Part shown: in pieces, positions 42,590-53,600 of the stretch
Numbering within the stretch: the stretch's first letter is position 1
Layout: each line of letters begins with the position of its first letter
Assembly: GCA_026415295.1 (NCBI GenBank)
Contig: JAOAHJ010000016.1
Coordinates: forward strand, 18,737-82,736
Reading direction: 5' to 3'
From: Spirochaetota bacterium
GTDB taxonomy: Bacteria > Spirochaetota > JAAYUW01 > JAOAHJ01
Length of the DNA: 64,000 nt
The notes under the pieces: model-generated
The model's input: the letters and a program-made list of their open reading frames with translations, nothing else
What the model was told of the DNA's origin: nothing
Database searches by the model: none
Made by a program: the position numbers and the translations under genes

Positions 42590-43756
42590 GTGATGAGAAA
42601 AGATAAAAATATAGTAGGTTTTTTATTATCATTGCTTTATTCTTTGATTTATACTATAATTTTCACATTTTTGAATGTATTTATATTTGGTTCAAAAGTT
42701 GAGATTTTAAGAATTTTTTTAATAAATTTCATATTTTCTTTAATAATTTCTATTTTTTTCTTTTTTTCAATATTTAAACAATATAAAAAAGTTTCTCTAA
42801 AATTTTCTCAATTACTTCAAAATATCTCACAAGGTAATTTTAATATAGAAAAACCAGATATAGAAGGTGTTTCTTTTACAAATATAAATATTTATATCTC
42901 TAAACTTATAAATTATCTTTCAGATGTTATAAATAAAATTGAGTTATCAGTTCTTGATATAAATGGAAATGCATCGACTCTTTTTATGTTTTCAGAAACC
43001 ATGATAAATAGAATTAACTCTGAAATGAATAATATTACAAATATTAACCAAAATATGGCTTTATTAAAAGATATATCAATTTCTATTAAAGAATTTACAT
43101 CAGAGGCTTTGAAAATTTCAGTAGAAAATAAAAATAAAATTAATGAATCAATAGATTCTATCAAGAATTTAATAGAATCAATGAATCTAATTTCTCAGCA
43201 CTCTACAAATATAATTGAGATTTCTGAATTTATTTCAACTGTAGCAGAAGAGACCAATCTTTTAGCATTGAATGCATCTATAGAAGCTTCAAGAGCTGGT
43301 TCTGAAGGAGCTGGTTTTACAATTGTTGCATCAGAAATAAGGCAACTAGCAGAAAATTCATCTTCAGCTATTAAAAATATTAGAAATACAGTAGAAAATA
43401 TAATTAAAGCAGTTAATAATGGAGTTTTATATTCAAATGAAGCTCAAGAAGCTCTAAATTACATAATTAATGGTACCGAACTTATAACTAATAAAATAGA
43501 AGATATAAATGAAAAAATTAAAAATCAATCTGGCATTACAACTAATATCCATAATGATGTTGAAAATATAAATACACTTATAAATGAAAACTCATCACTA
43601 CTTATAGAAATGATGACTTCAATAAAAAACCTTTCTAAACAATCCGATATTCTAAAAGAAATTTTATCTCATTTTAAATATTCAACTGAAGAACAAAATA
43701 TTCATAGAAATATTTTTGGTGTAAATCAAGACTTAATAAATAATAAAAATAAATGA
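42590..43756 (+). CDS. Methyl-accepting chemotaxis protein (short, two TM, no obvious large sensor domain)
   Basis: Highly conserved MCP signalling hairpin ETNLLALNASIEASRAGSEGAGFTIVASEIRQLAE. GTG start at 42590 (ATG at 42593) with AGGAGA RBS. Confidence 0.8.
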   Translation: MMRKDKNIVGFLLSLLYSLIYTIIFTFLNVFIFGSKVEILRIFLINFIFSLIISIFFFFSIFKQYKKVSLKFSQLLQNISQGNFNIEKPDIEGVSFTNINIYISKLINYLSDVINKIELSVLDINGNASTLFMFSETMINRINSEMNNITNINQNMALLKDISISIKEFTSEALKISVENKNKINESIDSIKNLIESMNLISQHSTNIIEISEFISTVAEETNLLALNASIEASRAGSEGAGFTIVASEIRQLAENSSSAIKNIRNTVENIIKAVNNGVLYSNEAQEALNYIINGTELITNKIEDINEKIKNQSGITTNIHNDVENINTLINENSSLLIEMMTSIKNLSKQSDILKEILSHFKYSTEEQNIHRNIFGVNQDLINNKNK

Positions 43757-44706
43757 AAAAAAGATATTACTGTCTATCGGATTATTTTAAGAATAAATAT
43801 AATAAAAAAGTTTATAAAATTTCAATAGATGGGGGCTTTTCCTGCCCTGGTAGATGTGCTTATTGCTCCTCTAATGGTTCTCTTGCCCCATACAATAGAT
43901 TTTTTCAAAAAAAAATAGATAAAAATTTAATAACTAGATTTATTTCAATAGAAGAAAGAAAAAAATATATAGAAAATCAGATAATAAAATCTTTAGACTA
44001 TTTTAAGAAAAAGAATATTTCAGATTTATATATTTATTTCCAAGCTTTTTCAAACCTCTTTGATACAAATGAGAATATTTATGAAATTTACAATTTTACC
44101 CTCTCTTTATATAATTTTAGAGGTTTGATTATAGGTACAAGACCTGATACAATAAATGAAGAAAAATTGGAAATTTTAGAAAATATTATTAATAAAAATA
44201 ATAGAGAGATAGATCTATGGATTGAAATAGGTCTTCAAACCTCAAATGATAAAACATTAAAGTTAATAAATAGAAACTCAAAAGCAAAAGATTTTGAAAA
44301 TGCAGTTAATATCATTAAAAAATTCAAAAATATTAATATTGGAACTCATGTTATTTTAGGTTTACCTTATGAAACAAAAGAAGATTTTATTAATACTATT
44401 AAATTTGTTAATAAAAATCAAATAAATGGAATTAAATTTCATTACCTATACATTTTGAAAGATACCCCAATCTATTATTTTTATTTAAAAAATAAATTTA
44501 ATATGCTAAATTTTGATGAGTACATAGAATCTTTAGCTTTATGTTTAGGATACTTGGATAAAAATACTATTATATTTAGACTCTTTTCTGATCCTGAACC
44601 AGGAGAATATTTACCTAAATATAATATTCCTAAAAGTAAAGCAATTAAAACTTTAGATGAATATCTTGATAAACATGATATATTTCAGGGTAAATTTTTA
44701 ATATAA
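43753..44706 (+). CDS. Radical SAM protein, TIGR01212 (YhcC-like) family
   Basis: ISIDGGFSCPGRCAYCSS near the N-terminus, 317 aa. 4-nt overlap with the MCP gene. Confidence 0.6.
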   Translation: MKKRYYCLSDYFKNKYNKKVYKISIDGGFSCPGRCAYCSSNGSLAPYNRFFQKKIDKNLITRFISIEERKKYIENQIIKSLDYFKKKNISDLYIYFQAFSNLFDTNENIYEIYNFTLSLYNFRGLIIGTRPDTINEEKLEILENIINKNNREIDLWIEIGLQTSNDKTLKLINRNSKAKDFENAVNIIKKFKNINIGTHVILGLPYETKEDFINTIKFVNKNQINGIKFHYLYILKDTPIYYFYLKNKFNMLNFDEYIESLALCLGYLDKNTIIFRLFSDPEPGEYLPKYNIPKSKAIKTLDEYLDKHDIFQGKFLI

Positions 44707-44798
44707 TTAAAAGATAAAAATAAAAAAGCTAATTAATAAAATAAATATTTAATAAGAAATAATTTTTATTATTAATATTATTATTTAGGAATTATTTT

Positions 44799-46475
44799 AT
44801 GTTTTTTTTTAATTTTTTTAAAAAATATTTTCACAAAATACTTAAATTTTATATTCTAACAATTCCACTAATTTTTTTTAGCTGTACAAAATTAGAAGAT
44901 AACTTTAATTCAAATAAAAAATTTAATATTTATAAAAATTGTGAAACCATATATCTTTCATTAAATAGATTTCCTGAAAATTTAAATCCTTTTATAAAAG
45001 GCAATATTAATGAAAATATTATTAAGAATTTATTATTTGATTCTATTATTTATATTGAACCTAAAAATTTGAAATTATACTCTAATTATCTTGAAAAAAT
45101 TATATTTGATCTTGAAAATAATAAAGTTACAATTAAATTCTTAAACAATTCATTAAATATAAATTTATTTCTAAGACAAATCAATTTTCTAATAAAAAAT
45201 ATAAATAATTCAGAAGGAATAAAACTAGATTACTTAAATAAAATAAAATTAAATCAACTAGATGAAAATAGTTTAGAAGTAGAGTTTCTAAAAAAATTAG
45301 AAATTTTTGAAATAAATCAAACAATTCTAAATTTATTATCTTGTCCTATTTTAAGCGAAAATATTATTTTAGCATTGGAAGAAAAAAGTGATAATTTTTA
45401 TAAAATATTTACGCCTGAAAAACTTAAAGGAAAATACTTAACTGGTCCTTATTTTATAGACAATGTATCTTCAAAAACTATAAGTTTAAAATTAAATAAA
45501 AATTTTAAAAATCCTTCATTTGAAAAAATTTTACTAGATAAATATATTGAATCAACCAATTTAGTTTTTACCATATATAAATCATTTGAAGAAGAGTTAA
45601 ATGATTTTTTGATCGGAAATCTTGATATAATCTATTTTAATGATGAAAATTTATTGACAATTTTTAAAAAATTCCCTGCTTCAATAGGTCTTATAAAAAT
45701 ACTTAATCCATATAATAACTTGCATCTAATAAATAATTTAAATTTTAAACAAAGTATTCTATTTAATAAACTTAAATTAGATTTCTCTAAAGAATACGAA
45801 AAAAATAATTTTAAAATTTTTTTACCATATATAATTAATAAAAATAATAATAACTCAAGACATATAAAAGTATTAAATTCAAATAAGAATAATATCTTAA
45901 CAATCCTTTCTCAAGAAAAGGAAGATAATAATAATAACCAAAAAGAAATTATTTTACTTACAAATAATGATGAAAAAATAATAAATTTGATTAATAATTC
46001 ATTAAAAAACAAGAATATTAATTATCAAATAAGTATTGAAGATTCAATTACTTTTATTGCAAAGATATATGGAAACTTACAATGGAATATAGCATTTATA
46101 TCTTTAAGTCATTCTTTATGGAATTTACCTGATCTAGATTTTTTTAATCCATATTCTTATGGTCATATCGTTAATCTTTCAAATACTAAAAAAGTTGAAG
46201 AAATAAATATATTTTCTTTAATTACTGAGTTATGGGACATTAGAAATTACTTTATTATTAAAAAAGGAATATTAATTCCTAACAATAAAAAATTAAATTC
46301 TATAATTAAAGATATACAAGAATACTTAAAAAAATCAGAAATGATCTATCCTATTTATTACAAACCAGTTTTCATAGCTTATAATAAAAAATTGAGAAAT
46401 TTAAATCCTTTAATATATAACAATTTAATTGATTATTCATTTCCTAAAATGATATACCTAAGAAAGAAGAAATAA
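44799..46475 (+). CDS. Hypothetical lipoprotein (possibly a degenerate solute-binding-protein-like fold)
   Basis: Lipobox-like LIFFSC; 558 aa, N/K-rich. Confidence 0.3.
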   Translation: MFFFNFFKKYFHKILKFYILTIPLIFFSCTKLEDNFNSNKKFNIYKNCETIYLSLNRFPENLNPFIKGNINENIIKNLLFDSIIYIEPKNLKLYSNYLEKIIFDLENNKVTIKFLNNSLNINLFLRQINFLIKNINNSEGIKLDYLNKIKLNQLDENSLEVEFLKKLEIFEINQTILNLLSCPILSENIILALEEKSDNFYKIFTPEKLKGKYLTGPYFIDNVSSKTISLKLNKNFKNPSFEKILLDKYIESTNLVFTIYKSFEEELNDFLIGNLDIIYFNDENLLTIFKKFPASIGLIKILNPYNNLHLINNLNFKQSILFNKLKLDFSKEYEKNNFKIFLPYIINKNNNNSRHIKVLNSNKNNILTILSQEKEDNNNNQKEIILLTNNDEKIINLINNSLKNKNINYQISIEDSITFIAKIYGNLQWNIAFISLSHSLWNLPDLDFFNPYSYGHIVNLSNTKKVEEINIFSLITELWDIRNYFIIKKGILIPNNKKLNSIIKDIQEYLKKSEMIYPIYYKPVFIAYNKKLRNLNPLIYNNLIDYSFPKMIYLRKKK

Positions 46476-46485
46476 AAAAATTATA

Positions 46486-47511
46486 ATGGAGCAAATTTTT
46501 ATGAACAATCCAACGACAAAAAATATACCAATAATAGATTTGCATTCAGATACTTTTTACAAAAAGCTTTTTTTATCTGATTATGAGGAAGCTAAATTTT
46601 TATATATAAAAAAAGGGGACTCTTATATTAATATTGAAGAAAATTTTCATGTTACAGCTGAAAAAATAAGAAAAGGTAATATAAGAGTATCGGTTCAGTC
46701 CCTTTATCTTTCAAACAAAAATAATGAAGCACCATTAAAAAATGGCATGAAAATTTTAAGTTTAATAAAAAAGTTTATAAAAGATAATAACGATTTTTAT
46801 CAAGTTTATAATATTAAAGATATCAATGAAAATATTAATAAAAAATATGGTATTCTTGTTTCCATTGAAGGTCTTGAAATAATTGAAAATAATTTAGAAT
46901 TTTTAGAACTTTTCTATGAACTTGGTGTCAGAATTGTAGCACCAACATGGAATAGAATAACTCCATTTATGGGAAATGTAATAGAATCTTATGGGCTTTT
47001 CAATAAAGGAAAGGAATTAATAAATAAACTAAATGAACTAAAACTAATTATCGATGTTTCCCATATGGGAGAAAAAGAATTTTATGAAGTATGTAATTTA
47101 GCAAGAACTCCTGTTATTGCATCTCATTCTAATGTATGGAGTATTAATAATCATAATAGAAACTTAAAAGATGAACAAATTAAAATAATTAAAGAATTAA
47201 AAGGAGTAATCGGAATAAACCTTTCACCATCTTTTTTAAAACCAGATAAAGCAATAAATATAGAAAATTCAGAATTTCCAGAATCATATTATTGGATTTA
47301 TAATATAATAGATTATCTAAGCTCTAAATTTGGAGATGAAATAATTTCATTTGGAGCTGATTTCGATGGAATATATTTACTTCCTAATGGTATCTATGGT
47401 ATCGATTTTTATTCAGACTTTATAAATTTTTTAATATATAAAGGATTAAAAATTGAAACTATTGAAAATATATGTTATAAGAATTTTTTAAATGTTTTCT
47501 CAACTATTTAA
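46486..47511 (+). CDS. Membrane dipeptidase, peptidase family M19
   Basis: IIDLHSDT (N-terminal metal ligands), IDVSHMGEKEF, IASHSN. 341 aa. Confidence 0.6.
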   Translation: MEQIFMNNPTTKNIPIIDLHSDTFYKKLFLSDYEEAKFLYIKKGDSYINIEENFHVTAEKIRKGNIRVSVQSLYLSNKNNEAPLKNGMKILSLIKKFIKDNNDFYQVYNIKDINENINKKYGILVSIEGLEIIENNLEFLELFYELGVRIVAPTWNRITPFMGNVIESYGLFNKGKELINKLNELKLIIDVSHMGEKEFYEVCNLARTPVIASHSNVWSINNHNRNLKDEQIKIIKELKGVIGINLSPSFLKPDKAINIENSEFPESYYWIYNIIDYLSSKFGDEIISFGADFDGIYLLPNGIYGIDFYSDFINFLIYKGLKIETIENICYKNFLNVFSTI

Positions 47512-47594
47512 CAAATTTAAATATACTTGATTTTATTTTTTTAAATTGTACAGTAAGTAAAAATAATATCATTATATAATTAAACCTTTATTTT

Positions 47595-48074
47595 ATGAAT
47601 GATTTTATTCATATTATTAATTTTGCAATTGAAAGAGAAAAAGAATCTATAGAATTCTATAATAATTTAGAGAAAAAATTCACTGAACCAAATATTAAAA
47701 ATTACATTAGTAATATAATTAATATAGAAAAAACCCATATTACTAAACTAAATAATATTAAAAATCAAGATTTTATAAATAATTTGAAATCTGAAATTGA
47801 CAAAATCAAATTAGAAGAAAAATCTCTTATCGATTATTTAAATATTACATATATTTCAGATCAAGACAAAAATTATTACTCTGAACTTCAAGAATTGTTA
47901 ATAATTGCTATAAAAAAAGAAAATTTATCTTTAGATTTATATTTAAAATTATCAGAAAAATTTAGTAATATTAAAGAGCTTAAAAACATATTTTTTATTC
48001 TTGCTAATGAAGAAAAAGAGCATAAAAAATATTTTGAAAATTTATATAATAATTACATATTAAAAGAATTTTAA
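47595..48074 (+). CDS. Ferritin-like diiron protein (rubrerythrin-family without rubredoxin domain)
   Basis: Two E...ExxH half-sites (EREKESIEFY..IEKTHI and KKENLSLDLY..EEKEHKKYF) in 159 aa. Confidence 0.5.
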   Translation: MNDFIHIINFAIEREKESIEFYNNLEKKFTEPNIKNYISNIINIEKTHITKLNNIKNQDFINNLKSEIDKIKLEEKSLIDYLNITYISDQDKNYYSELQELLIIAIKKENLSLDLYLKLSEKFSNIKELKNIFFILANEEKEHKKYFENLYNNYILKEF

Positions 48075-48102
48075 TTATTTATTAAATAAAAATATAAAAA
48101 TT

Positions 48103-48582
48103 ATGGAATTAGAAAAAGCTTGCTGTAAAAAAATTATTAAAAAAATATTGAAAAAATATAATGAAAATTACATTGAAAATATTTTACCTATTTTACAAGA
48201 AATAAAAGATCATTTCGGTTATATTTCAATGGATTTTATAAAAATAATTTCAGAAAATACATCAATACCTGAAACTGAAATAATAGGTGTAGCTTCATTT
48301 TATAGCAGTTTTAAATTCAATAAATCTGGCAAATATAACATTAAAATATGTCATGGCACAGCTTGTCATGTCAATGGAGCAGAACAGATTAAAGATGCTA
48401 TTATTGAAATTTTAAAAATAAATACAGGTGAAACTACTAATGATGGTTTATTTTCAATTGAAGAAGTTGCTTGTCTTGGTTGCTGCTCACTTGCACCAGT
48501 TATTATGATAAATGAAAAGGTTTTTGGAAAACTTGAACCACAAAAAATAAAAAAAATAATTGATGAACTTAAAAATAAATAA
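48103..48582 (+). CDS. NuoE/HydC-like [2Fe-2S] thioredoxin-fold subunit
   Basis: CHGTACHVNGAEQ ... CLGCCSLAPV (C-x4-C...C-x3-C NuoE cluster motif), 159 aa. Confidence 0.8.
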   Translation: MELEKACCKKIIKKILKKYNENYIENILPILQEIKDHFGYISMDFIKIISENTSIPETEIIGVASFYSSFKFNKSGKYNIKICHGTACHVNGAEQIKDAIIEILKINTGETTNDGLFSIEEVACLGCCSLAPVIMINEKVFGKLEPQKIKKIIDELKNK

Positions 48583-48773
48583 ATTATTATTTTTATCAAA
48601 AAATTATTAATTAAACATTAAAAATTAAATATAAATTAAAAATAAAATATTTAAATTTTATAATTTAATTAAAAAAAATAAAAAAACTTTTTAAATTTTA
48701 AAAACTAATAAATTAGGTTTGAAATATTAATTAAATTAAATATTTAATACACAAAATTTTATAAAATATTAAT

Positions 48774-50615
48774 ATGGAAAATTTTGAAAAAAATTTAACT
48801 GATCAATTATTATATTTTAGTCCAGAAAAACTAGACTCTATAAATATTGTAATGGCCTCATGTAGTATATCTGCTGGTGCAAACGAAGTTTATTCATTTT
48901 TTTATGAAAAATTGAAAAAAATAAATAAAGTAAATATTCTTAAAAAATCGGGATGTAATGGTTTTTGTCATAAGGAACCAATTTTAGAAATATTCTTATT
49001 AGAAAATGAGCTTGATAAAGAAAAAAAATATAAATTATCTTTTACAAATGTCGATTTAAACCTTTCATCATTAATTTTTGATTATTTATTTATTAAAAAA
49101 AAGTTTGAGAAAGAAGATATTATTAAAATTCAAAGTAGAATTGACTTTTTACCAATAGAAAACCAATTTAGAATAGTTTTGAGAAATTCAGGAAATATTG
49201 ATCCTGAAAATATTGAAGATTATATAAACAAAATGGGTTATGAAGCATTAAAAAAAGTATTAAAAACAATGTCTCCAGAGGAAGTTATTCTTGAAATAAA
49301 AAAATCAGGATTAAGAGGAAGAGGAGGTGCTGGTTTCCCAACTGGTTTAAAATGGGAAATAACATATAAAAATAAGAATAAAACAAAATATATAATATGT
49401 AATGGTGATGAAGGTGATCCTGGAGCATTTATGGACAGAGCAGTTCTTGAAGGAGATCCTCATTCTGTGCTTGAAGGATTAATTATTGGAGGTTATGCCA
49501 CAGAAGCCAAAAAGGGTATTTTCTATATTAGAGAAGAATACCCTCTTGCATTAAAAAGAGTAAGCATTGCTATAGAGCAAGCATATAAAAAAGGTTTTTT
49601 AGGAAATAATATTTTAGGAAGTAACTTTTCTTTTGATGTTGAAATAAAGAGAGGAGCAGGCGCTTTTGTGTGCGGAGAAGAAACTGCTTTAATACACTCA
49701 ATAGAAGGTAAAAGAGGAATTCCAAGAAAAAAGCCACCATTCCCTTCTGAAAGAGGAGTTTATAATAAACCAACAACTATTAACAATGTAGAAACTTTTG
49801 CAAATATTCCATGGATAATATTAAATGGTTCATCTAAATTTAATTCTATAGGAACAGAACATTCCAAAGGAACAAAAGTCTTTTCTTTAGCAGGTAAAAT
49901 TAATAATTCAGGTCTTGTAGAAGTACCTATGGGCATAACACTCTATGATTTAATTTTTAAAGTTGGGGGTGGTTTACCAAATAATAAAAAATTTAAAGCT
50001 ATTCAAATAGGAGGACCTTCTGGTGGATGTTTATCTGAAGAACATTTAAACATTAAAATTGACTATGAAGAACTTATAAAAACTGGTGCAATAATGGGAT
50101 CTGGAGGAATTATTGTTTTAGATGAAGAATCTTGTATAGTTGATGTTGCAAAATATTTTCTTAATTTTACTCAAAATGAATCGTGTGGTAAATGTACATT
50201 TTGTAGAATTGGCACAAGAAGAATGTTAGAAATCCTTCAAAAAATTACTGATGGAGAAGCAACCCTTGAAGATATTAATAAATTAGAAGATTTAGCATAC
50301 AAAATTAAAAATTCATCATTGTGTGGATTAGGCCAAAGTGCACCAAATCCAATAGTAACTACTCTGAAATATTTTAGAGATGAATATATAGAACATATTA
50401 CAGATAAAACGTGTAGAGCAAAGAAATGCAAAAAACTTTTAAAATATGATATAATAGAATCTATTTGTACAGGTTGTGCACTATGTTATAAAATTTGCCC
50501 TGTTAAAGCCATAACAGGTGATAAAATTAATAAATACACTATTGATCCAAATAAATGTATAAAATGTGGTTTATGTTATAAAGCATGTAAATTTAATGCA
50601 ATCAATTTAAGATAA
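48774..50615 (+). CDS. NuoF/HydB-like NADH-binding FMN flavoprotein with N-terminal Trx-like 2Fe-2S and C-terminal 2x[4Fe-4S] ferredoxin domains
   Basis: GLRGRGGAGFPTGLKW (FMN), CNGDEGDPGAF (NADH), ESCGKCTFCRIG (N3 4Fe-4S), CTGCALCYKICP and CIKCGLCYKACK. 613 aa. Confidence 0.85.
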   Translation: MENFEKNLTDQLLYFSPEKLDSINIVMASCSISAGANEVYSFFYEKLKKINKVNILKKSGCNGFCHKEPILEIFLLENELDKEKKYKLSFTNVDLNLSSLIFDYLFIKKKFEKEDIIKIQSRIDFLPIENQFRIVLRNSGNIDPENIEDYINKMGYEALKKVLKTMSPEEVILEIKKSGLRGRGGAGFPTGLKWEITYKNKNKTKYIICNGDEGDPGAFMDRAVLEGDPHSVLEGLIIGGYATEAKKGIFYIREEYPLALKRVSIAIEQAYKKGFLGNNILGSNFSFDVEIKRGAGAFVCGEETALIHSIEGKRGIPRKKPPFPSERGVYNKPTTINNVETFANIPWIILNGSSKFNSIGTEHSKGTKVFSLAGKINNSGLVEVPMGITLYDLIFKVGGGLPNNKKFKAIQIGGPSGGCLSEEHLNIKIDYEELIKTGAIMGSGGIIVLDEESCIVDVAKYFLNFTQNESCGKCTFCRIGTRRMLEILQKITDGEATLEDINKLEDLAYKIKNSSLCGLGQSAPNPIVTTLKYFRDEYIEHITDKTCRAKKCKKLLKYDIIESICTGCALCYKICPVKAITGDKINKYTIDPNKCIKCGLCYKACKFNAINLR

Positions 50616-50675
50616 AAAATTAAGAAATAAATTTATTTTTAATATAAATAATATTATCATTTTTATTCTAATATT

Positions 50676-53600
50676 TTGGAAAATAATATGGAAGAAATTT
50701 CACTAAAAGAGAAAAAAGAAAAAAAAATAATAAAAATAAAAATTAACAACAATGATTATGAAGCTTTTGAAAATGAAACAATACTAAATCTATTAATCAG
50801 AAATAATATTAATGTACCAAATTTTTGTTATGATAAACACCTTAATCCATTTTCTTCATGTTTTACATGTATTATAAAAGTTAAAAATATGAAAGGATTT
50901 CAGCCAGCTTGTTCTACATATGCTGTAGAAGGGATGGAAATAATTACTAATTCTGATGAAATTTTTAATACAAGGAAAACAAACCTTGAATTACTATCTT
51001 CTAATCATTTTGCTGATTGCTTCGGTCCATGTAAAATTGAATGTCCTGCTAATGTTGATATACAAACATATATTTTACTTGCTAAATTAGGATTATTTAG
51101 AGAGGCAATAAAAGTAATTAAAGATTCAATCCCCTTACCAGCAACTATAGGAAGAGTTTGCCCTTCTTTTTGTGAAAAAAATTGTAGAAGAAACTATATA
51201 GATTCATCAGTAGGAATTAACAATATAAAAAGGATAATAGCAGATAATGATATCTTCTCAGATAATCCATACATCCCAGAAATAAATAAAGAAAGTGGTT
51301 TTAAAGTTGCTATAATTGGTTCTGGACCTGCTGGTTTATCAGCTGCATATTATTTAAGACAGCAGGGCCACAAAATTGATATTTTTGAGAAAATGCCCCT
51401 CCCTGGAGGAATGTTAAGATATGGAATACCAGAATATAGACTTCCTAAAGAATTATTAGATAGAGAGATTTCACAATTTTATAAAATGGGAATAAACTTC
51501 TTTTTTAATACGGAGTTTGGCAAAGATATTACAATTGATACATTAAAAGAAAACGGTTATGATGCTATCTTTATTGGAATAGGTGCACAATCTGGAAATT
51601 TTATGGGAATTGAAGGAGAACAACTTGATAATATAAGAATTGCAGTAGATTTCCTTAGAGAAATTGCAACAAACAACTTTAAAAATAATAACAATTATAA
51701 TTATAAAAATGTAGTAATTATTGGAGGAGGAAATACAGCTTTTGATTCTGCAAGAACTATTTTAAGATTAGGAGCAGAAAATGTTACTATTATTTACAGA
51801 AGAACCATAAACGAAATGCCTGCAAATAAAGAAGAAATTGAAGAAGCAATTGAAGAAGGTATAAAAATTTTAGAGTTATCTGCTCCAATTAAATTTATTG
51901 GTAATAAAAAAGTCGAAAAAGTTGAATTAATTAAAATGAAATTAGGAGACCCTGACTCATCAGGAAGAAGATCTCCTATCCCAATTGAAAATTCAAATTA
52001 TATTATCGAATGTGATCTTGTAATTGAAGCTATCTCACAAAAAATAGAAACAAAATATATTAATTTTTTAAGTTTAAATTTAGATGGAACAATAAAAGTA
52101 AATTCAGATACTTTTGAAACATCAATTCGTGGAATATTTGCTGGAGGAGATGTAATTAATGGTCCTGATACCGTTGTTAAAGCTTTAGCTGATGGTAAAA
52201 AAGCTGCAATAAATATAAATAAGTATCTATATGGATTAAATAAGAACAATAATAATGAAAACTATAATTTCGTTAATACAACTTTAACACCTAATCAAAA
52301 TTTATTAAACTTTTATATTTCCAAGGATGTTTTTTTCAAAAGTGAAAAAGAAAAAAATGAATATTTTAAAAATTATTATAAAAATTTTCCAACTATTGAA
52401 AAAACTAAACCTCAAAAAATAAAAGCTGAAGAAAGAAAATTAAACTTTATTGAATTTAATAAAGGAATTAATTTAAATGATTTAAATATTGAAATTGAAA
52501 GATGTTTACAATGTGGTTGTAATGATATTAATGAATGTAAACTAAAAAAATATGGGGAAGAATATAATGTAAATATTAAAAATTACCTTGGGAAATATAA
52601 AAATGAGAATATTGACTCATCATCATATTTCTTATTATTTGACAAAAATAAATGTATAAATTGTGGTAAATGTATAGAAGTGTGTTCAAATATCTTAGGA
52701 CAAAATATTTTAGGATTTTTCAGAAGAGGTTTTGAGACAAAAGTACAAACTGCATTTGATATCCCTTTTTCTGAAACTCAATGTATAAAATGTGGCAATT
52801 GTATTAATCTTTGTCCTGTTGGCGCTTTAACAGATAAACTAAATAATACTTCAGTAGGAACATTTTATAGAGAATATGAGAAAAATGTTGAATGCTATTA
52901 TTGCTCTAAAAAATGTAATTTAAGAATAAAATATATCCAAGATGAAATGATAAGAATAAAATCTGATGATATCATTTGTAAAACAGGTAAAACTGACATA
53001 ATTTTACTTAATAAGTTTTATAAATTATTAAAGATTAACTTTAACAAAAAATATAAAATTAAAAATATTAATGCTACTCTATTAAATTTTGATGATTTTA
53101 TATCTTCAATAGAAGACAAAAAAGATATAGAAAAAACAATTTTCCTTTTTACAAAATATATTTCATTAAGCAAAATAGAAAAGCTATTCCCCAAAATTAG
53201 GATTTCTTTTGAAAATAATAATTTATTATTTATACCATTTTTTGACCAAGATAATAAATTAAATTACCTTAGAAAGCATAAAATAAAAAATAATTTTATT
53301 GATTTGCAAATTTATAAAAATAAAAAAATAACTTTATTTTCAAAAATAAAAAATTATGGAGTTTCTACAGCATTGTTTTTATCTGCACCATATGAAAATA
53401 TTTTCTACTTAGATAAAAAAAATAGTTACAAAAAATTTTTTAGATATACATTAATAGAACATATTGATAAATTATTTAATATTAAGATAAAAGATGATCT
53501 AATTTCAATTTTTAATATTGATGATTATAAAATAAGTGAATTAAAAAAAATATTAAAGTACTTTAAACTATTTAATGAAATAAATATTATTTCTTCCTTT

